Source of the DNA: Tubiluchus corallicola
Taxonomy: Eukaryota; Animalia; Priapulida
Direction of reading: 5' to 3'
DNA length: 64,000 nucleotides
Assembly: GCA_030141605.1 (NCBI GenBank)
Contig: JAQGDQ010000082.1
Location: 620,001-684,000 of the forward strand
This document shows positions 37,773 to 50,372 of the stretch, one piece after another. The position numbers were made by a program, and so were the translations under genes. Each line of letters begins with the position of its first letter. Position 1 is the first letter of the stretch. The notes beneath the pieces were generated by a model. That model did no database searches and had not been told where the DNA came from. It saw nothing but the letters and a program-made list of their open reading frames with translations.

Positions 37773-40700
37773 TTTGTTGTTTACATGAAAATTGCCACTC
37801 TGCGTGATTCTCTACTACACTAATATTTACCATAATTAATAGCGGCATGCTGCTACAAACAAGCCGACGTGGAAGAAAGAGAAAAGGTGTTTGCCCACCT
37901 AATAACGTCTTCTCCGTCATGTCACAGAGATGTTTGTTAGTTACGCCTATTGTGGATACAAGAAAGTGAAGCTGTCCTACTCTTTGTCACGCTGTAGTAA
38001 TAACCATAGTAACAGCACAGGCATGGAAATTAAAATAGGAAAAACACATTATTACAAAGGAGATGATTTTTTTCGTAATAATTGCAAATAATCCAAATTC
38101 ACAGTAAGTCAACAATTTAAAGTACTAGACACCTGGATTTCAGCCTCAGATTTACACTTTTATAACTCATTGACCGTTGGACATTTCTATGAGTGACCAT
38201 TAGGCTGATTTAATCTATTTTCCAACCATCTGGGCACGAAATCTGGCGACTACCTGGTGAACATGTGTCCAGGTAGGCGGTTCAATGACAACCATGCTCG
38301 AACTAGTCTAGTGACAAACTAAGCTAGAAATCTGTAACTACACAAGCACATTTTATTGACTATTTTTGCTTAATGTACAATTAATTGTAACGGTAAGTCA
38401 AAAGGGACATCGTATTACGTATTCATGTAGGTAATTAAAAAAAAACTAGTGTCAAAAGAAAGACAGATAAAACATAAGTTCTGGTTCAGTGTTACCTAGG
38501 TCTGGGTGCCCGGTATTAATAAAAGGGTAAGAACCATTCTGCGCATGATTGACATTTTGCCTGCCAAAAAGGACTCACATAACGAAATCTCAACAATGCC
38601 CTCAAGAATTGCTTACAATAATGTTGCAAAACACAGAAAGAACAGGAAAGATTCGATTTCCACGCAGCCTCCGTCGCCCGGGCAATCCTGGAAGCATTTC
38701 CATGGAAACATGCATCCACAAAGCGCGGATTAGCCGCATTAAATAAGTACCTAAATCTGCTTTTTGTGTTGGACTAAGCTCTGGTTAGTAGAGGATACCT
38801 TTACCTAGAAGATTAAATAAATCAATGAATTTGTATGTATGACAAAATCATTTTACAAAGACTGACCGAAATTTTACTTTTCTTTGCAGTTGCAAATAAG
38901 TGTGAAAATCGCAAGAAACGAATGATAAGAAAATAGCTACCTACAGAGAAGATGAGACAATAAATCCTAAGATACTCATGATGCAAGTTAACAATAACAC
39001 CTTCTTTTCATAATTAGTTACATAAAAAGATACACTGGGGTTATATAAAACAGGACAAGTTATGTACATCCAAATGTTGTTTCACATCCGCATCTGCTAC
39101 ATAGTTTATTGCAAAACCTTCCTGTACAAAATCATGCATATGATATTAGATATAAATAGCTGTCCAATGCCAGGGTTAACACAAATGTGAAAGTTCATCT
39201 TCTATTGTTGGCCGCTTCTTCCTTATTCAAGATTCTAGAAGGGTAGATCTAGGAACAGATTTGGAGCCCGTAAAACAGGCATTAGAAAACCACCAGCTAT
39301 GACAAGGCCATGAAAATATCTTCAAAAACAATTTAATTTACCTTTTCTATAAATATTTAGCGTTATCGTGTCCTCAAGAGGTTTAAGTTTTTGACGTTTT
39401 CCTACTTTTACATACACCCCTGAACGTCTGCCTTGTATGCAAGACAGGTTACCGGACAGAGTCCTACAGAGGTGGATGCACTTTCAACGCCTTTGTAGCA
39501 GCGAACTTGCAAATTTGGTCAGTGAATGATTTCTGAATGGAAGAGCTTGTTATTTATGCTAAGCTATAGTCACTAAAAATCTGAAGTTCATAATCATGTT
39601 AAATGCAGTTTGGCAAAAAACTATGACGATGTTGATGGCTTTCAACACTGAACGTTACAAATGGGGAGACAACTATGGTGATGATGATACCGATAATGAT
39701 ACTGATGACAGCTAGGCTACGGCAACAACGACAATGATGATAATGATGATGCAGGGCACGTGACGAAGACAAAATTTCGAAACTAATAAAGTTCACAATT
39801 TGCAAAGAATAAAAAACATAAAGCAACAATCACCGCCCAGTAAAGATGCGATGACCTCTTGTACCAAACTCTTGTCCAGGTCGCTTACCAGGCTGTATAG
39901 GGATTATAACGTGGTCATTTCGAACAAATCTTCGAATTTGTAAGATTACCACCAGCCATTGTCTGCGTGCCAAGTCGACAATCTACTAAATTATTAATTA
40001 TCAAAAGAGTTAATCAAGCAAATGAAATGCCCCTCAAATTGAGCTCAGAGCTCGATTTCAATCAACACAAGTAATTAACTGGACAAAGAGTTACGGGCAG
40101 GTGAGACATGGATTAAGACGAAAGATTGATTTTCAGTCTTAGCCAAGAGTCAATGTCCAATTATTACACTAAGTAAGAGATCTGGTAACCTGGTCAGATG
40201 GTTACAGATCATACACCAAACGCTTCACTATCTGTAAGATTCGGCGAATAGCATCTCTATGCAATTCGATACTATTTATAACTTATGAATTTATATCATA
40301 CATTGATTCAGTAAGGGTGTGAAAGATAGTATAAAATGCCGTTTCATATATGCATCCAGCAGTAGATTCATGCAGCAAGTATACGTGCCCATTCTTTCCT
40401 TTGTACGAGTCTCTTTACCTCGTACAAATCTCCAAAAACAAGTTGGATAAAACCACAAAATGTCACAAGATAAACATAGAAACAGACAGTCGAGAAGGTT
40501 AGAAAAATAACACAGCTTGCCCTTCATTATGAGACTCTAACACCTGAATAAGCTATCCAATCCACCCCTTTCCAAATTTTTGGGGACTGGCTTACATACA
40601 TGAAACAGTCTGTGCATAAAACTCATCACTTTACTTAAGAGATTTTAAGAAAACGTAATAAGTGAACACTGCGGTCACTAACTTTTTTATTTCCTCACTA

Positions 40701-43700
40701 AATGTAAACGATATTTTAATCGACATAACTTCCAGTGATATATTTATCTTCGTTTATGAATCTGCATCCTGTCTGAAAAGTACAAGATTTTGCAACATTT
40801 AAAGTATTATCAAATGACTAACTTATGATATTAGATAAATTTGCAATTATCATAATCCTAACGTGTAAAAGGGAGTGCTGAATTCTCACACACACTTTCT
40901 TCCCTCAATGAAACCTGTTTCATCTACAAAAAACAAATATTATCACAACTTAGGAGCGATTACTGAATAACCCCTCATCCTTTGTGATGATGACGAAAAT
41001 AAACAATTCGTCGAAGAAGCGGATTGACAATTATTCTTAACTGTTTACGCTCAGGCAGTCTTACCTTGCCAGGTGTTTTATTTTTACAGACGGGCTAAAT
41101 AAAAATTACAGACAACAAGCATGGAAAGTAAAAATTTGTTAGACCATTATGACAATGCTCTAGATGCGACTAACTGGTCGTGCTGGTCTCGTATAACTTT
41201 AGTACATTCTCCTATGCTAATATTAGGCCCATTTGTCTGAAAACACAGAAAGATACTTGGAAAAACAAGCTAATTAAAGGCTGACACACACTTGAGGCAA
41301 AGTCACACCAAGGTGTCATCACTGGGTGTGAGGTGTCAATTTCAATTTGAAACGATTTGTGTCGTCCAGCCTAATGAAAAAACGACAAACAGTATAATTT
41401 ACCTAAACATCTAAAACGCCCCTTTGCAACAAACCACAAGCCTTAGCTCAATTCAAGTAATAACTAAAATACGACTACAACATTCAAATCGCCTCATTTT
41501 AGCCACCATTCCTCATAAGATACAACAAACAGTACATGAATTGATGTACAGTACTTTTTTCTACATAACGGTAGAGCTTTTAGTTCTTAAAACTTGACAC
41601 AAAGGCTGAAACTAGATTCATAACACAAGAGCAAATCGCGGAATTTTCATAGCCCTCGTCGCAGTTCTCACTAAAGCCAGTGATGTATATACATTAATTA
41701 CTTTGTAACCTTGTTCTAGCTAAACCACTTGCCTCTCTGTTTGCCATACAATGTGATTATTTACTGCGAAATTTAGGACTACCACATTTTTTCTGGGTAT
41801 ATAATTCAGACTTTGGATAAAAACAAAATTGCTTTGGAATTAATTCTTGTCAGAACTGCTTTTAATTTACACGATTATAAATCCGGCGGCATCTTTGATA
41901 ACCATTAGTATATTATCCACCACAAGTTAAACAAAGACTAGTTCTGGAATAAACCAAAAAGCATGAAAATGGTGATTACAAACAATGGTTTTATTATACA
42001 ACTTAGTGTGTGCTTAAAAGATTTAATTAAATTATAGCAGTGCCCAAACCTGAAGTGAAAGTTATTTAAGCTTGATGAACTGAGAAAATCATACCTGTAT
42101 TACGCATAGGCTTAACCACTATATAAGTATTACAAAAACCTTAAATTAGCAGAGGGGACAAACTAAAGATTTATTCAAGGTTTACGTATTTCCATTGTCT
42201 GACCTATATAATATATACTAGATATTATTTATTTGAAACTACAAGTGCTCTATGGAAATCAAAGCAATAGGCCTAAAGGAGTACCATGTATATACCCGCA
42301 TATATATAATTCAGGTGGTGCTGGTATATATATCTATATCTATATATATAAATATAGCTGAATTAGCTGATACACATGTACAGCACAAAAAACTAAAATA
42401 AACTCTAATTGTGTCAGATTCTACAATAGTACATTTACGTATATATTACGTAGGCTCTGATTATAGCTACACCGTCACAACTCACACCAAGAAACAAGGA
42501 TTTCAAGTTATCGATATATGAATGGAACGACAAGCACGTTAGCATAATTACACCAAAGGTAAGTTATTATCAAGTCTAGGCTGCAATATAGAGATTCATT
42601 TCAGTTTTCAAGTTATTACCATGTGTGGTTCCATGCCCATCCCAGGGCGAAAATGGATGCAGTAAGTTTTTTGGCTGTGATGCGTTAAAGTCTATAAGCA
42701 CAGCAGACCGGCTTGTTCTGAAAATCCGGCTCAATAGGCTGTAGATTAATAAAGGTACAATACACCCGACTGCGATAGACTTTATATAACTAAAACTGAA
42801 TGGGAATGTCCTATGCTACTAATAATATTGAAATTGGAAAGAAACTTCATGAATGTACGGAGGCTTCTATCACGTATCATAAGTACACACTAAAACGCTA
42901 CTTGCACAAATACATTTTTGACATTTTTTGGCTTCAACCACGACCGTACGTCGGTACTCAGCAATCGAAACCTCATTGTCTGTAATCTCAGTAGCTTTTA
43001 TGAAAAACATGAGAGTTGCCTCTTGTTCAAATATCACCCTCTGTACTTGAGCAATGAATAACTAGTCATCGTATGAAGGACATGAATTGATATGTTATGT
43101 TACGTTTTTATTTGACGTATACCACCAGAAACCTATATAGATTAGATTGTTTTACTATATACCTGCACGGTATTTTGACTTCGAACGTTTAATCTGCTAG
43201 AATTCAGCGCTTCGGGTGTTCACAAAAGATTAATTTATATGCAAGTTGTAGTTTTTTCTAAGAGTTTATTTACGTTTAATTAACAATTTAGCAGTAAGTG
43301 CTAACACGCCGCTGCATATGTAGTTCACGGCATAAATTTTAGACAATAGCTTGGGGCTGATGAACATTGTAAGACTACAAACAGACTCTCCAATACAGTA
43401 AACTAATCTAGGGCAAGCCTCCACAAGAACCAAGGCACGAAAGAATCGTGAAAAGCCACGGGGTTATAATAATACTGCTCGTACATCCTTTAATTTGGCA
43501 TAGTTGCCTTCATTTAAACCTTTTTACCTAATTAAATTTTCTGAATATGTTGTAGAAGAGTCAACAGCACACAACTATTAAACATTTCGGGAATTCAATT
43601 CTTTCGGATCGCAACATTACAATATGGTTGGAAATTATTTTACGAAAAAACGTTTAAATTATCCTTCCAATGCTTATCATTTGGGTGTGTGACATGTGCA

Positions 43701-45916
43701 GTAATGAATGAGAAACTACAATGAGGACGTTGCAATGAATGTCACGGCCAGCCAATATAGTTTACGAAAACTCAGGAAGTGGGACTATGGTATAGCCTAT
43801 CATTTTTGATTGGCATAGTTCCAGTTTACGCACAAAATCAACAACATGTATTATTACGCAACTGGACATATTTGCATTTCCGACGTGCAAAAATATTGTG
43901 TAGAAACAGTTCATATTGGTTTAGACACGATAATTATGCTAATCTATACAACGTGTAATCATGTGTTTCAGAATAGTACTAGAACCTACAGTTAGTATGA
44001 GTCATCCACGCTAGAAAGTGTAGCTAACTATTGGAGCAGGTACGGAATTCCTCAACATCTTTTCACAATACAAAACGTTTTTTTCACACGAGGATATTTT
44101 TACTAGTGGGTGAGACTGTAACAGAACCTTGAATGATAACCAATTACGAACATTCAGGAAGTTCGCTTAGCCCTCTAACGTAGTATACAGCCCGTCTCAC
44201 ACATAAATCTATTGAAAACGTGCTTTAAAAGTGTACCATTCATCGTACACAGGTTTACTAATCAAGCATTTTCAAGAAATGATACATACAATAATATCAG
44301 TTGTTATGGAGCCGTTTCTGAACTTACTGTGTAGTGTAACAGCATAATTTCCCTTCAAACTGTGAACTCAATAATAGGTCTATGAAAATAGCCAGGCTAA
44401 GATCAACGATTGCACAACAACATAATAGAAACTTACGTCAAATTTAGTGTCCAAAGTGTGCCAAATAACCAAAGTCTAATAACCATAAGTCATTATCATG
44501 CATTATTTTAGCGTAATTTCTTGTAGAAATTGTTTGCTTAAACTTACCTTTGTTAAAAGCTTACAGTGCACACCTGTAAAATCTGTTAACCTGGAAGAGT
44601 TCACTTGCTAATCTCTTGCTCTCCTTCGGGATAAAGGCCACCCAAGACGGGAGGAACACTTGTTCTTATTAAGCTGCAAATAAGAAGGCTGTAGTTAGCT
44701 GATTTCAGATCATCAGTTTAAAGGCATTACAATTGTAAAACAAATACCATGTTGTTTTTACCCAAGTACCTATCTCTGTACAATAAAGACACATTGTACT
44801 GATTATTGCATATAGACGAAGTCCTAGATAATCATACCTGTAGGTCAAAGAGTTCAACGTTTGAGGTGGGGACTTGTGAGCATTGTAATAAATGGACACC
44901 AGGACTTTTTCATTTTACATACTAAGATTATTTTACAGAATACTCGTTATGTACTCATGAAGTAACTTTTAAGCAAGTCCCTTTGCATGCTACTAGTCTA
45001 AACTGAATTGAAAATGGAACGTTACACTCGTCTTAATCATTATTTTGGCACAAATTTATAAACACACTTAAAGGTTTAATTACTGTAAAACATTATTGTA
45101 TATTTAATATGAATAAGAAATATGCCTGCTTAGCTTACAAGTGACAGATATATAAGAGAAATGCTGATTGCTGAGTAGCCGTGTTGTTCCCTAAATTTAG
45201 AGTGCAGTTCCTATTTGGACCTAGGGGCCATAAAATAGTGAGGATACGCAACTTTTAGTCAAACTACTAAACTTCAAACACAATTAAAACTTGTTTATAG
45301 CCTTGGGTTGGAAGTATAAAATAAATTTTACACTTGTCATTTAGATCGCACAAGAGCAATATACATATCTGGCAATGTACGATCTTGCAAATAAACATTA
45401 TGCTGATACCTTAAATCGTTTTCTATTTTTATATAAATCTACACTGTATGTACAGCGCGACGAATTTTACATTATATGGGTACATCGTATATACAGCTGC
45501 ATAGTGTATACTGTGCAAATCTGATACAATTACATTTCTACATACCTGTACGTATTTATTAAAATTTAATCATGCTGAAAACATGGTGTTCTAAGACTAA
45601 GTTTCCTAATACAATAATATAGAAAATACGTTAAGTTTGACCCCTATATAACATTAAAACTTTTTGTAAACACATGAAACTACTTACCAATGCTTCGTTT
45701 TCAATGTAATCCAAACTGGCTTGAGATACGACAGCAAAAAGATTCGTTAAATCTCGAAAAAACTTTAAATATTCACAAGTCACAAATGTATTTCACTGAA
45801 AATGTTTTGAAGAATTTCTAACCTTCTTTACTTTATCGTGGTCGTTAACGACACCAGATGGTTCCAGTATCCAATTATTCCTAACTGCTTAGCAGCTTAT
45901 TCAGATTTTACAAACC

Positions 45917-45970
45917 ATGTCAAAAGTCGTATCTAGCACATTATGTCGAAAGTCGTATCTAACATAATTA
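45917..45970. repeat. Tandem duplication, 2 x 26 bp
   Basis: atgtc.aaagtcgtatcta.ca twice. Confidence 0.7.
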
Positions 45971-46322
45971 GCCCCAAAGAGCTTAGTGCTAATAACACGA
46001 TGCATTTACACCGTGTCACTTTACAAAAAACTCAATAATGTACAAGTACTGGACGGTTTTCTAATTCTTATCTTCAAAATTAACGACGAATGCTTCCACG
46101 ATCAAAGCTTTGGACAGAATATCCCATTTAAGTTATCAAACCACAGGCATTTAGGACGGCATCAACACGAAGAATACGTAAGCACGTAGTTTAGTCACTA
46201 CAAAAATATAACTCTCTGGACGGTGTTAACTGATAGTCAATTGATAAGCGAATTCACGTCATAATGTCAAATCACGTTCAACAACATCCCAACTACCAAC
46301 AACGCAATAACGCAGGTAACAC

Positions 46323-46802
46323 AAAATGGCGGGGTGATCAAATCTCTACCTGGTTTGACAGCTTACCTGCGCATAATGACGCTGCCACATTATAGTTGTT
46401 TAGCGGAGGCTCGTGATGATGCAGGTAGAAGTGCTGCGAGCGATGACAGATTTTTAAAAAAATTAAGAAGCCAAGAAATGCAGATATAAAACTGTATCCT
46501 GCCTCATACAACAATCCACTAAGTGACTATAATACGAAACACAATTATAATTATGTCATAGTTAGCACTAACATTTTAATTCTTGATTTTGTACTGTTTA
46601 AACATCCTAAACTAAAACAAAAGCAAAAATGCGTTTGATACATCAAAAAAGGCCACATCACTTTTTTTATTACAGTCACATTTGTATAACTGGTCAGAAA
46701 ATAAAGTGTGTGGTTATGATTATTACTATACATAAAATAATAATACCTACTATAGTTTCTAGAGATTTTAGTTTGATGTTGTCTCACAGCGCCATCTTCC
46801 GG
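46323..46802. promoter_or_regulatory. Candidate promoter region (YY1-like AAAATGGCG; CGCCATCTT overlapping ETS-like TTCCGG), possibly for USP54
   Basis: Motifs at 46323-46331 and 46790-46802 in a locally CpG-richer stretch between the divergent USP54 and SAP30BP genes; motif evidence only. Confidence 0.3.
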
Positions 46803-48294
46803 GTGTTTTTCACATTTAGGTCCTATTGTAGCTTATAATTATTCAATATGGGATATAAGGACGCAATAGATTTTCAATAACATAAATAGAAAATAATTCT
46901 TCTTCAGGTCATTTAAGAAGGCATGCCAATACTGTTATTGTAATGAACTTACCAAAACTGAATAACAGTCAACACGAATGACAGTCTGTCTTGAAAATAA
47001 AGTTGTATGATGCTTTTTGTGTGCTAATTAAGTTGATTGTGTATATACTTATCACAATTTAGCAACATACAGAATTGATTGCCTATTCTTTTGATAAGAA
47101 GCTAAAATTTGTGGAAAAAAATAAAAATTGTAGGCCATTATTTGTGAGCTCAAAACCTTTATTAAATTGGCTGGAGATTGTAACACATCAAATTCTTATT
47201 TGCTGATATTCACATAAGAAAATCATGCGAAAATTGTTTCATTGATATTCCGTGTATTTAACAAACTTGGCATGGAGCAATAAATGGATTAACATCACTT
47301 TAAGATAGCGGTAATTTCATTCTGGGAATTTTGAATGCGCATTTTTACACCAACGACTTGAGAAGGGCAGCGCATTGCCAATTTCCGTCAAAAAGTCTAT
47401 GAGAGTCCATATAATTTTTGTCTATAAAACTAACAACGATCTATTCCCTACATACTTCAAGAATCCGTAATTAAGAATATTGAATCACATAATACTCGAT
47501 GTAATGATTACTAACTCAGTTATTGTGGAGAAAATATTGCAAAACATTTCATTACCTATAGTGGACCTAAACTGTGGAACACGTTATCCCCTCTCCCCCA
47601 ATGTAAAGTGCCAGTACAACATATACCACTCTAAATTGTCAGTTAAGCGATATCTGTTCGCTGCTTATATAAATTAGTCTCTATAACTACCTATTGTTCC
47701 TGCGTGACACTCCAATCATAACCATGCATTGAGTAGAACCCAGAGTGCTTTCTAATCTCATTGAGCTGAATCTTCACAAGCCACTCTTCCTACGCTTTTG
47801 AACTTATCCGATTTTTCTATCCTTGTTTTGCGCAACTTCTTTCTTTTAAACTGCTTGAAACCCGTGCTTTAACGTTCTTTTTTCAATTATCCTTTGGACA
47901 TGCTTACAGTGGCGCAAGCACCTAATAAGTTTTTACTTTTGGTTTTTGCCCTTAATATGCATGGTGTCGCATCAAATCATCAATATTAGCTGTATATTTT
48001 TTCTCACCGCTTCTACATATTAAATCACTGTATTTCCAAATAAATAAATTACTTAGAAAAGTATACTGTTCAATTAAATTTTTACAAAATATTTTGTGAT
48101 ATTTTTGCATGAACGTTAAGTAATTTGTAGAAGTTTTAATTAGTTACAAAAAGTCACGAAATCCTCATAATTATTTTCAAATTAATGAGAGCTACCACCG
48201 TGCCTGAAAATTTCTAAACAGTGACAGCATAAGTTAACAAAAAATTACAAAAAGCCACAAGTCAATTTTTATTACAGGCATTTAGAAACTTTTA

Positions 48295-48522
48295 TAGTTA
48301 AAACAACTCATCTTTATTAAAACTTTTACTTTACAAAGTTAAAATGTTAAAATTATGCCAAACGTTTCGACAGACAACTGCTGTCATCATCAGTGGTATG
48401 TTTGCATGTTTGTAAATTTATCACTGACAATGACAGCAGTAGTCTGTCGAAACGTTTGGCACGATTTTAAATTTTTAACTTTGTAAAGTAGAAGTTTCAA
48501 TAAAGTTGTGACGCTTTAACTA
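48295..48522. mobile_element. Palindromic element (about 100-bp imperfect inverted arms), Penelope-like terminal-repeat derivative
   Basis: Arms tagttaaaac...ctttatt...actttacaaagtt...gccaaacgtttcgacagac...ctgtcat and atgacag...gtctgtcgaaacgtttggc...aactttgtaaagt...aataaag...tttaacta. Each arm, read outwards, has a hammerhead-like core followed by AATAAA. Confidence 0.72.
48355..48399 (-). ncRNA. Minimal type I hammerhead ribozyme motif
   Basis: Minus strand AUACCA-CUGAUGA-U-GACAG-CAGUUGU-CUGUC-GAAA-CG-U-U-UGGCAU: intact CUGAUGA and GAAA core, 5-bp helix II, helix I 5/6 paired, self-complementary AAACGUUU in place of helix III. Confidence 0.66.
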
Positions 48523-50116
48523 AAAAACCCACAAAGTTTGCTAGTTACATCATTATTTTCAATTGAATGGCAGTTACCAAAAACAAAAATTCATATCCCG
48601 AGGCGACATAGGTTGACTTTATGCATTTATAGACAGTTTTAGCATATTTTTGTTAGTTTTTTCTAGTTTTAAGTGACAAAAGTAAAAAGTAAACCCAACA
48701 CGTTAAATGACTTAACATTTCCTTTAAGTAATAATACCCTCTTGCTGAGTCTAGGTCTCTGTTTGCAGAATGGCTACTAGCATGTTTTGATGTGGTACAT
48801 GCAAAATTTCTATAAGCAACTTGTGAGTGAGTACCATCAATTTACTCACCATCAAAAGACGAGTTACATAATGAGTTTTTAACGATTTGGGACGTGGTAA
48901 TATCGATTGTTTTAAAGGTCAAAATAATTTATTTGACAAATAGAGAGAATAATAAATGGCGAAAATAGGCAGATATCATTAAATTTGCCAAAAACCTTAA
49001 ACATGTCATAACTGCCCGCAGTAAAAGTCTCATGTTTTGTTATCATTATTATAAAGATTTTGATTCTTTGACTTGTTATTCGATTCAGTTGGTAGGCTGT
49101 TTATTGTTTGGATATCTTTGTTTGTTTGGAAAAACACAGAACAGCAGCTAGTTTTTATCTTTTCATTCAATATATTACAAATATTCGTAAATCCATAACA
49201 AAATTAATCTAACTTTAAAACAAAATTTAATAGAACATACAGGTCTTCCAGCAATGGAACTTGAAAATGTAGAGTGCGAAGATGACCATCTAAAATTTTT
49301 GTGCTGTCACCTAGTGACTGATTCAAAATGTAGTTCAAATTTCAAATTTTTGCTTTTCAACATTTACCTTTGTGCAAACGAATGAGTGACGACATTTTCT
49401 CTTTTTCCGTGAAACTGAGTGTGATTTCGCAATTTTCCGAAAATTTTGTCAAAATTGTAGATATAAAATGCTTTTAACTTGCCACTAAACTATACAATAA
49501 TTTCTATGAGTCCTTTTATACTTATGACTAAGATCTTGAAGTAAGAATTTATTTAAATATTGTTAATTACGGATTTTTTGTGTGTATAATGGTCATTTCT
49601 TATTGAGTGAACACCATCAGTGTTGAGTCAGTTAACTTCTCATTGTTTTGCACACTGCATTATGGCCCTGTGAATGCCTAATTTTTTACTTGCAATTAAA
49701 GTAAATTGTCAACGTAAAGCACTACATAGTCCTTCCTGTACTTTTAGGAATTGCGATTTATTCCAGCAACTGACTATTGCTGAGTTCAGTTTCGGTTCGT
49801 TCAAAGTCAGTTTTCTTTCCTGATAATGTTCCCGGTTAACTGTGGGCATGCTTTAATATTTTTATACCTTTTTATTTAAAAGTTTTTAGAAACCGTCTGC
49901 TCGACTGATTCTTATTAATGCATAATATTGGTATAGGCCTATTATTAGTAAAATGTTTATATTTCAGGTAGTATAAAATAGAATGCTGTGCTAAATATTT
50001 AAAATATGGTCACTCTATAGATGTATAGAAAACTCGGAAGGTTTCAGCAGATAGTTACTTTTCGGGTTTTTAGAGACAGTAGCTGCAAAATTCTAATAAA
50101 ATTTTTCAGAAATTTA

Positions 50117-50372
50117 ATGGCAGCGAACAGTGGAATGTTGCCTCGTGTCGAGTCGCAAGCTACAATAGCATCGCTGGCTGCATATGATGATTCTGACATT
50201 TCTGATATTGAAGAAGAACAGAAGAAAAGTCCACAACTAGATCTAGAAGTTAAAGCTCAAGAAAACGAAGGAAGCCGAAATGCATCAGACAATGAAGTCG
50301 TGCCGATGGAAATAGATGATTCTGAATCTTCACCAAGTAGTGCTACTGGGCGCATATCTCCTATATCTCCTG
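50117..50372 (+). CDS. SAP30BP: SAP30BP coding exon 1
   Basis: ATG GCA at 50117 within ORF 50021-50416; G|gtaatg donor, phase 1. Confidence 0.85.

Noticed and set aside
39599-39829. His/Cys-rich hydrophobic ORF
   Set aside because: Derived from degenerate (GAT/CAT)n microsatellite sequence.
47300-47905. Lys/Arg-rich coding-like minus-strand fragments
   Set aside because: Frequent stops and no recognisable domain; possibly old repeat debris, not supportable.
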